A DNA stretch of 59,861 nt, taken from contig JACPKP010000001.1 of the NCBI GenBank assembly GCA_016186955.1, positions 1 through 59,861 of the forward strand, given 5' to 3'. Of this stretch, positions 25,487 through 33,907 are shown piece after piece. Numbering within the stretch: the first letter of the stretch is position 1; every line of letters begins with the position of its first letter. The stretch is from Candidatus Daviesbacteria bacterium. Its GTDB lineage: Bacteria > Patescibacteriota > Microgenomatia > Daviesbacterales > UBA10151. A program made the position numbers and the translations under genes. The notes beneath the pieces were generated by a model. The model was not told the DNA's origin, did not search any database, and worked only from the letters and a program-made list of their open reading frames with translations.

Positions 25487-26686
25487 ATGGGACTACAGAT
25501 AGGAATTATTGGAATGCCTAATGTCGGGAAGTCTACCCTTTTTAATGCGCTTTTGAAAAAAAGGGTGGCACTTTCTGCCAATTACCCCTTTGCCACCATT
25601 GAGCCTAATACCGGAGTGGTGGCGGTGCCTGATAAAAGGCTAAGTAAATTGGCTGAGCTTGTAAAATCTGAAGAAAAAATGGACCAACTCCCCCCGATTG
25701 TTCCGGCTGTGGTGGAGTTTGTAGATATTGCCGGGCTGGTGAAAGGCGCTTCAACCGGCGCCGGATTAGGCAATCAGTTTTTGAGCCATATCAGAGAGGT
25801 TGATGCCATAATCCATGTTTTGCGCGATTTTGAGGACCCTTCGACAAACTCAGGGCAAGCGCCAATTATTAGGGAGGGGAGTACTGACCCTGAAAATGAC
25901 CGGGAAACCGTGGAAACAGAACTAGCCCTCTCTGACTTACAAATAATTGAAAAGTTAATTGATAATGTTCAAAAAGAAACTAAATCTATACCAAATGTTC
26001 ACAATGGTGAAAAAATGGTACAAATTTTAGAGTCAATTAAACAAAATCTGGAGCAGGGAAAAATAATTGGCAACTATGAAATAGGGGATGAAGCTTTAAA
26101 AAAATGGTTTTTCACCTTGCCTCTTTTAACAGTAAAACCCATACTGTATATTTTTAATGTAGGTGAGGATAGATATGCAACGTCATTGCGAGACCACGAA
26201 GTTGCGAAGCAATCCAACGAACAAAGATCCTCTTCGGGTGAGATTGCCACGGGCTCTTTGAGCCCTCGCAATGACGGAGTGATATCGAGTGACTTAGCAA
26301 TTTGTGCCAAGCTTGAGGAGGAGTTAGCTGATCTGTCTGAAAAAGAAAGGTTGAAATACTTAAAAGAGATGGGGATTGCTGAGACAGGTCTGGAGAGGCT
26401 AATCAAAAAAGCCTATCACCTTTTAGGCCTGGTCTCATTTTTAACCGCCGGCAAAAAAGAGGTCCGCGCCTGGACTATCAAATCCGGCTCCAAAGCCCCT
26501 CAGGCTGCGGGGGTTATCCACACAGATTTTGAAAAGGGATTTATTAGGGCTCAGGTTATAGAATATGAAAAATTAATTGAGGCTGGATCATATGCAGGAG
26601 CTAAACAAAAAGGTTGGATCAGGACTGAAGGAAAAGAGTATGTTATAAAAGATGGTGATGTAGTTGAATTTTTGGTATCTGCTTGA
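25487..26686 (+). CDS. ychF: ribosome-binding ATPase YchF, carrying two in-frame repeat-derived insertions
   Basis: GIIGMPNVGKSTLFNAL, FATIEPNTGVV, FVDIAGLVKGAS, TAGKKEVRAWTI, GVIHTDFEKGFIRA and a C-terminal TGS-like KDGDVVEF. AAGGAG sits 10 nt upstream of the ATG. At 399 aa it is longer than the ~363-aa E. coli protein. Confidence 0.95.
   Translation: MGLQIGIIGMPNVGKSTLFNALLKKRVALSANYPFATIEPNTGVVAVPDKRLSKLAELVKSEEKMDQLPPIVPAVVEFVDIAGLVKGASTGAGLGNQFLSHIREVDAIIHVLRDFEDPSTNSGQAPIIREGSTDPENDRETVETELALSDLQIIEKLIDNVQKETKSIPNVHNGEKMVQILESIKQNLEQGKIIGNYEIGDEALKKWFFTLPLLTVKPILYIFNVGEDRYATSLRDHEVAKQSNEQRSSSGEIATGSLSPRNDGVISSDLAICAKLEEELADLSEKERLKYLKEMGIAETGLERLIKKAYHLLGLVSFLTAGKKEVRAWTIKSGSKAPQAAGVIHTDFEKGFIRAQVIEYEKLIEAGSYAGAKQKGWIRTEGKEYVIKDGDVVEFLVSA
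25837..25863. repeat. short repeat-like insertion inside ychF
   Basis: CCTTCGACAAACTCAGGGCAAGCGCC encodes PSTNSGQAP, in a position where E. coli YchF as I recall it (..RCFENDNIIH..) has no equivalent residues. Confidence 0.45.
26181..26276. mobile_element. 96-bp MITE-like element with perfect 12-bp terminal inverted repeats, in frame inside ychF
   Basis: CGTCATTGCGAG (26181-26192) ... CTCGCAATGACG (26265-26276). 96 bp is 32 codons, encoding ..SLRDHEVAKQSNEQRSSSGEIATGSLSPRNDG.. . A related element lies at 29650-29760. Confidence 0.7.
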
Positions 26687-26723
26687 CATCAAGCTGTAAT
26701 TTAAGATAAGTTCAAGATTAAAG

Positions 26724-27242
26724 ATGGAGCGGTTACAGACAGATTCAATTGCCCGTGAAATTGACTATTTAAGGATTGCATATTATTTAGCATCAAAAGA
26801 AAGTCCTGATTTGAGTATTCAAAATGCTGCTTTGCTGGTAGATCCGGAAAGCGGTCAAATTTTAGCTTATGGTGTTAACACATTCCCCAGAGGAGTTAAT
26901 CTGACGCATGAAAGGTTAAGCCGGAAGCCTGATAAGTATTTATTTACTGAGCATGCTGAAAGAAACGCCATTTATGATGCTGCCAAAAGAGGCATTAAAA
27001 CAGCAGGGTTGACAATGTATTGCCCCTGGTCCGCTTGCGCAGATTGTGGCAGAGCAATTATTCAATCGGGGGTTGCTTTACTCGTAATCCATAAAATACC
27101 CGAGCATGACAGACCGGATTGGCAGGCATCAATCAAAGTAGCCTTTGATATGTTTGATGAAGCGCATGTTCCATACAGATTTATTACAGATAAAATAGGC
27201 GGGGTGGAAATTAGGTTTGGCGCCAGGTTGCTCAAACCTTAG
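26724..27242 (+). CDS. dCMP/cytidine deaminase family protein (ComEB-like)
   Basis: HAERNAI zinc-ligand motif and PWSACADCGRAII (the PCxxC-type second motif). 172 aa. Confidence 0.8.
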   Translation: MERLQTDSIAREIDYLRIAYYLASKESPDLSIQNAALLVDPESGQILAYGVNTFPRGVNLTHERLSRKPDKYLFTEHAERNAIYDAAKRGIKTAGLTMYCPWSACADCGRAIIQSGVALLVIHKIPEHDRPDWQASIKVAFDMFDEAHVPYRFITDKIGGVEIRFGARLLKP

Positions 27243-27245
27243 CTG

Positions 27246-27274
27246 TTGTATTTTTAGCCTCCATTTAGTAAAAT
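27246..27274 (+). promoter_or_regulatory. candidate promoter of the rpsF-ssb-rpsR operon
   Basis: TTGTAT (27246-27251), 17-nt spacer, TAAAAT (27269-27274), 8 nt to the ATG at 27283. No SD. Confidence 0.4.
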
Positions 27275-27282
27275 TATCAAAT

Positions 27283-27582
27283 ATGCCGGTATATACACTG
27301 ACAATGCTTTTAAAAAATGACCTTGATGATAAAAAACGCCAGGAAGTTTTGGACGGAATAAAAGGGAAACTGAGTGATGGCCTGCCTGCCGGCAGGCAGG
27401 GGGAAATTTTTAAGGAAGATTTATGGGGCAGTAAAAATCTAGCTTACAAAATTCAACATCAAGACAAAGCTTACTTTGTCCACCTGGAATTTGAAACAGA
27501 ACCGGCCAGCATCTCATCCCTTGACAAAATGGTTAAATTAAACGAAGATATCATCCGTTATCTGTTGTTGAGAAAGGATTAA
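27283..27582 (+). CDS. rpsF: 30S ribosomal protein S6
   Basis: MPVYTLTMLLKND..., EDLWGSKNLAYKIQHQDKAYFVHLEFE matches the S6 core, and the rpsF-ssb-rpsR gene order is conserved. The maximal ORF from 27217 overlaps the upstream gene and is less likely. Confidence 0.9.
   Translation: MPVYTLTMLLKNDLDDKKRQEVLDGIKGKLSDGLPAGRQGEIFKEDLWGSKNLAYKIQHQDKAYFVHLEFETEPASISSLDKMVKLNEDIIRYLLLRKD
27381..27400. repeat. 20-bp perfect palindrome CCTGCCTGCCGGCAGGCAGG inside rpsF
   Basis: Encodes GLPAGRQG in a loop where E. coli S6 as I recall it (..AEGKIHRLEDWG..) is shorter. The same core occurs at 19632-19649. Confidence 0.85.
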
Positions 27583-27585
27583 TAA

Positions 27586-28107
27586 GTGGCAAGCAGAAGC
27601 TGGAATAAAGTTGAGTTAATAGGTAATTTAACCAGGGATCCGGAAATGCGTTTTACCCCCTCAGGCGCTGCTGTGGCAACATTCACGATTGCAACCAACA
27701 GAACCTATGTGACAGATGGTGAGAGAAAAGAAGAGGCTGATTTCCACCGCTGTGTAGCCTGGAATAAATTGGCAGAACTGTGCAGCCAACTGCTCAAAAA
27801 GGGCAACAGGGTATTTGTTTCAGGCAGGCTGCAAAACCGTTCTTGGGAAGGCCAGGATGGCCAATCGCGTAATGTCACGGAAATTGTGATCGAGGACATG
27901 ATTCTGCTCACTGCCAAAAATGGTGCACCTGAAGCGGATTATACGGAATCAAAACCCGCTGTTCAAGCCAAACCGGCCGAAGCGCCGGCAGTAAAACCCG
28001 AAGAGCCTAAAAATGAACCTGTTGAAAAGGCGCCGGACATACCTGCAGAAGATACCCAAACTCCCAAGAAAGAAGACCCCGGTGATTTAGACGACCTGCC
28101 ATTTTAA
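27586..28107 (+). CDS. ssb: single-stranded DNA-binding protein
   Basis: GTG start. NKVELIGNLTRDPEMRFTPSGAAVATFTIATNR OB-fold signature, a Pro/Ala/Glu-rich linker and the acidic tip DLDDLPF. Confidence 0.95.
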   Translation: MASRSWNKVELIGNLTRDPEMRFTPSGAAVATFTIATNRTYVTDGERKEEADFHRCVAWNKLAELCSQLLKKGNRVFVSGRLQNRSWEGQDGQSRNVTEIVIEDMILLTAKNGAPEADYTESKPAVQAKPAEAPAVKPEEPKNEPVEKAPDIPAEDTQTPKKEDPGDLDDLPF

Positions 28108-28163
28108 TCGGTTACTATCCAAGTTGTTGCTAGTTGCTTCTTTATAAGGTAAAATGCTATATC

Positions 28164-28481
28164 ATGTCTGTAAAAACTAAAATAACTAAGAAAACAGATA
28201 CCCCAAAAGAGAAACTTGTTGTAGAAACCAAACAGGAGGAAGTTTTGGATGAAAAAACAATATCTGCGCCTGTCAGGGCAAAAAAAGGTTGTCTTTTCTG
28301 CCACAATAAAAAAGAGCCTGAATTTACGGATTCTGTGACGTTGCGCAGGTTTATCTCAGACCGCTCCAGGATTCAGCCCAAGCTGAGGACAGGGGTTTGC
28401 AGCAAACACCAGCGCCGTTTAACCCGCCAGATAAAATACGCCCGTCACCTGGCCCTGTTACCTTTTATTCCCAGCGTATAG
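28164..28481 (+). CDS. rpsR: 30S ribosomal protein S18 with N-terminal Lys-rich extension
   Basis: FTDSVTLRRFISDRSRIQPKLRTGVCSKHQRRLTRQIKYARHLALLPF matches the S18 core. The ATG at 28164 is preferred over the TTG at 28134. Confidence 0.9.
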   Translation: MSVKTKITKKTDTPKEKLVVETKQEEVLDEKTISAPVRAKKGCLFCHNKKEPEFTDSVTLRRFISDRSRIQPKLRTGVCSKHQRRLTRQIKYARHLALLPFIPSV

Positions 28482-29698
28482 TGAAGTCTAAGCTTTGTAA
28501 ATATTGTTTACCTACAAACAGGACAAGCCATTTCAGCCTCCATTTGGAATTTTATTTGGAAAAATTTCCCAAAATCCGTTTAAGCCTTCCCTTGATAGAT
28601 AATTGGGTTCTGGAATTTCTTGCCTTGGTGGGGATTGTCAAGTTTGAAAAGGATATCGTAAGAAGCTTATTTTATAACAGGAGCCTGATTTTTTGGGATG
28701 AGGCAAAAAAAAGGGGTTTGGATTTATCAGCAATACAACTTTTGGGAAAGCCAACACATGAATTCAGGCTAATTTACCGGGGGAAGAAGCACTATTTTGA
28801 GGGTACGCCTTTAAATATATTTTCCGGACAAGAGTCTTTAGATGATAAAAGTAAAACCAAAGAGATTCTTTTGAAAAAAGGTATTCCAACAGCATTGGGC
28901 AAGAAATTTACATCAATAAAACAGGCGGAAAAATTTGCAAAAAATTTAGGTTTTCCGTTGGTTGTAAAACCGAATATGGGGTCGCTGAGCCACCATCTCT
29001 CAACAAATATAAATTCCATGCAAGCGTTAAAAGAAGCAATTTCCGTAGCAAAATCCTACAGGCCTGATTTTATTGTAGAAAAGTTTGTCGCGGGCAATCT
29101 CTATCGGATAACAGTGGTCGGAAAAAAATATATTTTTGTCTGCAGGAAAAATTTAGCCAATGTCATAGGAGACGGGTTTTCAACTGTCAAAGAACTTATC
29201 TTTGAAAAAAACAGCGATCCGAAAAGAGGAGAACAGGGGGCGCTGAATACAACTTTGCATAAAATACCCATAAACAGTGCCACATTACTGAAGTTAAAAT
29301 CCCAGGGTTTGACTTTTAAATCAATACCTGCCAAAAACCAGCAGGTTTACTTACAAGAGAAATTTATTTTATCAACCGGTTGTGATGTGATAGACTGCAG
29401 TGCAAAAACGCATCCTGGAAATAAAAGATTATTTATTGAACTTGCCGGGTTTTTTAAAACGCAGCTGATAGGGATTGATTTTATATGTGAGGATATAAGT
29501 AAAAGTTATAAAAGACAATCTTGTGCTGTTTTGGAAACCAACAGCCTGCCATATCTGGACATGCATCAATTTCCTTCCTCCGGTAAAAAATTTGATATTG
29601 CCAAAACAGGCTGGGATGTAGTGTTGGGGAAACTTTCAACTAGTGCCCATTTCAAAACCCGATGTCATTGCGAGAAACGAGCGCAGCGAGTGACGTAG
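28481..29698 (+). CDS. stand-alone ATP-grasp enzyme resembling the N-terminal ATP-grasp module of cyanophycin synthetase
   Basis: GTG at 28481 overlaps the rpsR stop (TAGTG). DDKSKTKEILLKKGIPT, FPLVVKPNMGS, VEKFVAGNLYRITVVG, NVIGDGFSTVKELI..N.DPKRG, ILSTGCDVIDCS..HP, IGIDFICEDIS, VLETNSLPYLDMH. No Mur-ligase-like second half. The last ~11 codons and the stop lie in a palindromic element. Confidence 0.7.
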   Translation: MKSKLCKYCLPTNRTSHFSLHLEFYLEKFPKIRLSLPLIDNWVLEFLALVGIVKFEKDIVRSLFYNRSLIFWDEAKKRGLDLSAIQLLGKPTHEFRLIYRGKKHYFEGTPLNIFSGQESLDDKSKTKEILLKKGIPTALGKKFTSIKQAEKFAKNLGFPLVVKPNMGSLSHHLSTNINSMQALKEAISVAKSYRPDFIVEKFVAGNLYRITVVGKKYIFVCRKNLANVIGDGFSTVKELIFEKNSDPKRGEQGALNTTLHKIPINSATLLKLKSQGLTFKSIPAKNQQVYLQEKFILSTGCDVIDCSAKTHPGNKRLFIELAGFFKTQLIGIDFICEDISKSYKRQSCAVLETNSLPYLDMHQFPSSGKKFDIAKTGWDVVLGKLSTSAHFKTRCHCEKRAQRVT

Positions 29699-29760
29699 CA
29701 ATCTGATTGAAGTAAGATCGCTACGCTCCCTCCGGTCGCTCGCGATGACGTTTTGAAATA
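29650..29760. mobile_element. MITE-like palindromic element overlapping the 3' end of the ATP-grasp gene
   Basis: TTTCAAAAC..TGTCATTGCGAG (29664-29675) ... CTCGCGATGACG (29739-29750)..GTTTTGAAA. Same terminal motif family as 26181-26276. Confidence 0.65.
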
Positions 29761-29821
29761 GCTTCTAGCGCATAAACTAAAGATTCTGGTAAGATTAAAT
29801 AACAGGAGGTTTACTTTAAGG

Positions 29822-30430
29822 ATGTCAAAATTAACAGGAGTTTTTGAACAGTTTAAAAATCCGGATCAGATACCGCTTCAGGATATAACCAGATGGGTAA
29901 AACATGCCAAAGACCCAAAAGCCATAGAAAATTTTATCGGTAATAGGATTCTCTATCCGCAGACAGTAGCTTTAAATGAATCAGACCTGGGGATAGATTA
30001 TGCAATTATGAGAGAAAGTATCAGGCGAAACCAGCGGTTATATCTTAATCCTATTGGTAACAAAATTTCACTTGAACAAAGTTTTATTGCAAGATTCCCC
30101 CCTGCTGCAAAATTTATCAACATAATTGTACAATCACTTGATCTTCCTGAACTGACAACAATTCTTGTGAAAAATAATGTCGGCATGATTGTTTCCGGGA
30201 GTGTAATTAATATCAGGAAGTTGCCAAATTTTGACAAATTAAAAGAACAGGAAATGTTGGAATTATTTATAGACGGAACCCCTACCAAAATTAGGCTTGG
30301 CGGTATTAGTATATTGTCGCTAAAAGACCATCATATCAAACTCAAAATTGACGGCTTAAATGGAATGATGGTTGCAGGTGGAACTTTTGGGTTGGTTTTG
30401 GATTTTAGGTTAGAACCGGTGAGTCTTTAA
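29822..30430 (+). CDS. hypothetical protein, first gene of a four-gene cluster ending in CtpA and HtrA
   Basis: 202-aa ORF with GGAGG 8 nt upstream. No TM segment and no recognisable motif. Confidence 0.65.
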   Translation: MSKLTGVFEQFKNPDQIPLQDITRWVKHAKDPKAIENFIGNRILYPQTVALNESDLGIDYAIMRESIRRNQRLYLNPIGNKISLEQSFIARFPPAAKFINIIVQSLDLPELTTILVKNNVGMIVSGSVINIRKLPNFDKLKEQEMLELFIDGTPTKIRLGGISILSLKDHHIKLKIDGLNGMMVAGGTFGLVLDFRLEPVSL

Positions 30431-30431
30431 A

Positions 30432-31559
30432 ATGAATTTAATAGCTAATGTGCGTACCAGGATTTGGGCAAACCGTGTCAGCCATGTTAAAAGATATATG
30501 GCTGGTAAGGTCCAATTAAATGTCAAGATTGGTGAAGAAGTGCAGCCTCAGGATGTCCTTGGTACAGCCTTAATCAGCGCAGGTTTTTCTTCAGTAAATA
30601 TTGCAAAAATGCTTGGCGTCCCGCCCTCTGAAGGAGGAAAATACCTGCAAAGGGCTTTGGGTAAAATAATTTATAAAGGTGAACTGCTAGCTTTTAAAAA
30701 AGGGATGTTTGGTGAAAAAGCAATTAAGGCGCCAACAGACGGTCTGGTAGAGTTTTATGATGATAAAACAGGCGAGCTTAGGCTGCAACTTATGCCAAAA
30801 ACTGTTTCTTTAATAGCAGGAGTATTCGGGATTATTGATGATGTTAACTATGACAAAAATGAAGTAACCATTAAGACTATGGTAACAGAGGTTTTTGGAA
30901 TTCTTGGTTCTGGTAAGGAAAGGGGAGGCATTCTTGATATTATAGGCAACCAGGGCGGGTTGGTAAACCAGTCACAAATTAAGGTTACAATGCACCAGCA
31001 TGTATTGGTTGCCGGAAGTTTAGTTGATGGAAGTGTATTAAAAAGCGCAGCCGGTTTTGGACTTTCAGGAATTATTTGCGGGGGGTTGAATGTCAATGAT
31101 TATAAGGCTATTACCGGAGGTGTTGACCCTGGCACAAGGTTTGGTACGGATATCGGTATTTCAGTGATGGCTACGGAAGGTTTTGGGTTGCTTCCCATGG
31201 GGGATGATATCTTTTCCTTGATTGAGCCCTTCAATAATAAGTTTGTTTTTATTCATGGCAATGCCCGTAAACTTTTATTGCCAACAGCAACTTCAGATAG
31301 TATACTTACAATGCGGAAAATTGACCTGGCTCTCAACAAATCCCCTGATATTACGCCTGAAGTTGAAATGGGGGAGATATCAATAGGCAACAAAGTTAGA
31401 ATTGTCTGGCCGCCGTTTATGGGTTTGCAGGGCCAGGTGCTAGCTATAGACCAGACCCCGACAGTTTTAGATTCGGGGATTTCGACAATTTTGCTCACCA
31501 TAGAGACATTAAAACAAAAACTTAGGGTGCCTTTTGTTAATATAGAGATTATAAAATGA
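30432..31559 (+). CDS. hypothetical protein with barrel-sandwich (lipoyl-like) motifs
   Basis: 375-aa ORF starting 1 nt after the upstream stop. KIGEEVQPQDVLG and IKAPTDGLVEF resemble hybrid-barrel motifs. The KOW-like GNKVRIVWPPFMGLQGQVLAID lies near the C-terminus. Confidence 0.6.
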   Translation: MNLIANVRTRIWANRVSHVKRYMAGKVQLNVKIGEEVQPQDVLGTALISAGFSSVNIAKMLGVPPSEGGKYLQRALGKIIYKGELLAFKKGMFGEKAIKAPTDGLVEFYDDKTGELRLQLMPKTVSLIAGVFGIIDDVNYDKNEVTIKTMVTEVFGILGSGKERGGILDIIGNQGGLVNQSQIKVTMHQHVLVAGSLVDGSVLKSAAGFGLSGIICGGLNVNDYKAITGGVDPGTRFGTDIGISVMATEGFGLLPMGDDIFSLIEPFNNKFVFIHGNARKLLLPTATSDSILTMRKIDLALNKSPDITPEVEMGEISIGNKVRIVWPPFMGLQGQVLAIDQTPTVLDSGISTILLTIETLKQKLRVPFVNIEIIK

Positions 31560-32791
31560 ATTTCCTTAGAAAAATCAATCTTACAGCGGTTACCATTTAC
31601 TTGCTTATATTTTATGCAGGGTGGCAGCTTGGGCATTATGACATCAAATACCAGCTGGAACATTACAAGCCAACATTAGATGTTAAAAATCTGACCCCTC
31701 CGCAAAATAAACAAAACCTGGATTTTAAACTCTTTTGGGATACTTGGGATAAAGTTTCCCGGGAGTATGTGGACAAAAAAGCTGTAGATCCCCAAAAAAT
31801 GTATTATGGCGCAATCCAGGGAATGGTGGCAGCTTTGGGTGACCCATACACTTTTTTTCTTCCGCCGGATATCCAAAAATCTACCAAAGAAGTTTTGGGA
31901 GGAAGTTTTGAGGGTGTAGGCATTCAGTTGGGGTTTAATAAAGACAAAAGGTTGGTTGTCATAGCCCCTTTGAAAGATACCCCGGCAGCCAGAAACGGTA
32001 TTAAAGCAGGTGATTTTATCTTAAAGGTAGGTGACAAAGATACCACTAATATGACTCTTCAGGAAGCTGTTTCCCTGATAAGAGGGCCAAAAGGCACAAA
32101 AATTGCACTTGAGGTTTTCCATGAAGGTGATTCTAAGACTACTGTAATTTCCCTGACCAGGGATACAATTATAGTCAAAAGCGTTGAATATGAATCTAAA
32201 GTAACCCCTAAAGGTAAGAAAATTGCCTATATTAAATTATCAAGCTTTGGTGAGAGGACACCAAAAGAATGGGACGGCGCTATAAGCGATGCACTTGCGG
32301 ATGCTCCTGCCGGAGTCATATTGGATCTACGCAATAACCCGGGTGGTTTTTTGGAGGAAGCAGTATTTATCGCTTCAGAATTCATAGCCAGAGGTGATAT
32401 TGTCATACAGGAAGATGGGCAGGGTGACCAAAAAGCATTAAAAGTTGAAAAGACCGGTAAACTTCTAAACCAGCCTTTAGTGGCGCTTATTAATAAGGGT
32501 TCTGCTTCTGCTGCAGAAATAGTGGCCGGGGCAATACAGGATTATAAAAGAGGAAAACTGGTTGGGGAACAATCGTTTGGTAAAGGTACAATCCAATCGT
32601 CACAGGATTTAGAAGGTGGGACCGGTATACATATCACCACTGCTAAATGGCTTACACCAAATGAAAGATGGATACACAACATTGGTCTTACACCTGACAT
32701 TAAAATTGACATGCCTGCCAGTATTGGCCAGGACCAAAAGGACCAAAAAGATCCCCAGCTTGAAAAAGCGCTTGAATTATTAGACCAATGA
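31556..32791 (+). CDS. C-terminal processing peptidase, family S41
   Basis: N-terminal anchor. FEGVGIQL, a PDZ segment (TPAARNGIKAGDFILKV), LDLRNNPGGFL, INKGSASAAEI, GEQSFGKGT. ATGA overlap with the upstream gene. Confidence 0.9.
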   Translation: MNFLRKINLTAVTIYLLIFYAGWQLGHYDIKYQLEHYKPTLDVKNLTPPQNKQNLDFKLFWDTWDKVSREYVDKKAVDPQKMYYGAIQGMVAALGDPYTFFLPPDIQKSTKEVLGGSFEGVGIQLGFNKDKRLVVIAPLKDTPAARNGIKAGDFILKVGDKDTTNMTLQEAVSLIRGPKGTKIALEVFHEGDSKTTVISLTRDTIIVKSVEYESKVTPKGKKIAYIKLSSFGERTPKEWDGAISDALADAPAGVILDLRNNPGGFLEEAVFIASEFIARGDIVIQEDGQGDQKALKVEKTGKLLNQPLVALINKGSASAAEIVAGAIQDYKRGKLVGEQSFGKGTIQSSQDLEGGTGIHITTAKWLTPNERWIHNIGLTPDIKIDMPASIGQDQKDQKDPQLEKALELLDQ

Positions 32792-33906
32792 GTGACAAGA
32801 TAAAACTATTTTTGATAGCTGCAGTTGTGGGGGTATTGGCGGGAGTGACTACTTTCAGGTTGGTTGTTTTGGGCAAACTTCCGTTTAAAATAACTTCTGA
32901 TACCGGGCAGCTCCAGGTTCAAAATACCCAGACGCGGACTATCGTCCAGGAAGAGAATGCAATAATCTCAACTGTTGAGAAAACTTCACCTTCGGTGGTG
33001 GCAATAGGCATCAACCAGCGCATTGTGAATCCTTTTGACCCCTTTTCCGTCCCCAAAAACCAGCAGTCCACAATAGGTACGGGGTTTGTAGTGTCTGACA
33101 AAGGGATTATTGTAACCAACCGTCATGTAGTTGCAGATACAGGCGCTAAGTATTCTGTTGTGACAAAAGACGGCAAAAAACTGGAAATTACCAGGATTTA
33201 CAGGGATCCCAATTTAGACCTGGCGCTGGTGCAGGTTGCCAGTGTTGACGGGCTTAAAGCGTTAGAGCTGGGTGATTCAGCAAAACTAAAAGTTGGGCAG
33301 ACCGTGATAGCAATAGGCAATGCTTTAGGCAGGTTTGATAATACTGTTACAACAGGGGTGGTTTCCGGTTTAGGCCGTTCGGTTTCAGCCGGGGATCCTT
33401 TCGGAGGCGATACGGAGAGGTTGGATGACCTGATACAAACAGATGCCGCCATCAACCCGGGTAATTCAGGCGGCCCGCTTTTAAATTCAGCAGGGCAGGT
33501 GATAGGGGTGAATGTAGCCACTACAGAAGGGGCGCAAAACATTGGTTTTACTATCCCCATCAACTCGGTTAAATCACTGGTTGATGAATTTCATCAAAAC
33601 GGGACCATCTCCCGGGCATTTTTGGGTATAAGATACCGCTTGATGACACGTGATATAGCCCTTTTAAATGAAGTTCCTCAGGGAGCATATATACAAGAGG
33701 TAGTTACGGGTTCACCCGCAGAAAAAGTAGGGGTCAATGCCGGTGATATTGTCACCAAAATAGACGGTCAGACAATAAATGAGGAGAACAAAATCTCAAA
33801 AATTATTCAAAGTAAAAAAATAGGGCAAACAGTTTCTTTGGAGGTTTGGACAGACGGTAAAACCAGAACAGTGACAGCCACTTTGGCAGAATCCCCAAAT
33901 CAATAG
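32788..33906 (+). CDS. htrA: HtrA/DegP-family serine protease with one PDZ domain
   Basis: N-terminal anchor. Catalytic His (VTNRHVV), Asp (DLALVQV), Ser (GNSGGPLL). C-terminal PDZ (GSPAEKVGVNAGDIVTKIDGQ). Confidence 0.9.
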   Translation: MSDKIKLFLIAAVVGVLAGVTTFRLVVLGKLPFKITSDTGQLQVQNTQTRTIVQEENAIISTVEKTSPSVVAIGINQRIVNPFDPFSVPKNQQSTIGTGFVVSDKGIIVTNRHVVADTGAKYSVVTKDGKKLEITRIYRDPNLDLALVQVASVDGLKALELGDSAKLKVGQTVIAIGNALGRFDNTVTTGVVSGLGRSVSAGDPFGGDTERLDDLIQTDAAINPGNSGGPLLNSAGQVIGVNVATTEGAQNIGFTIPINSVKSLVDEFHQNGTISRAFLGIRYRLMTRDIALLNEVPQGAYIQEVVTGSPAEKVGVNAGDIVTKIDGQTINEENKISKIIQSKKIGQTVSLEVWTDGKTRTVTATLAESPNQ

Positions 33907-33907
33907 T

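Noticed and set aside
26514-26522. Perfect DnaA-box TTATCCACA.
   Set aside because: A single copy inside ychF, where it encodes the conserved GVIHTDF motif. There is no cluster of boxes, AT-rich unwinding element or dnaA/dnaN context.
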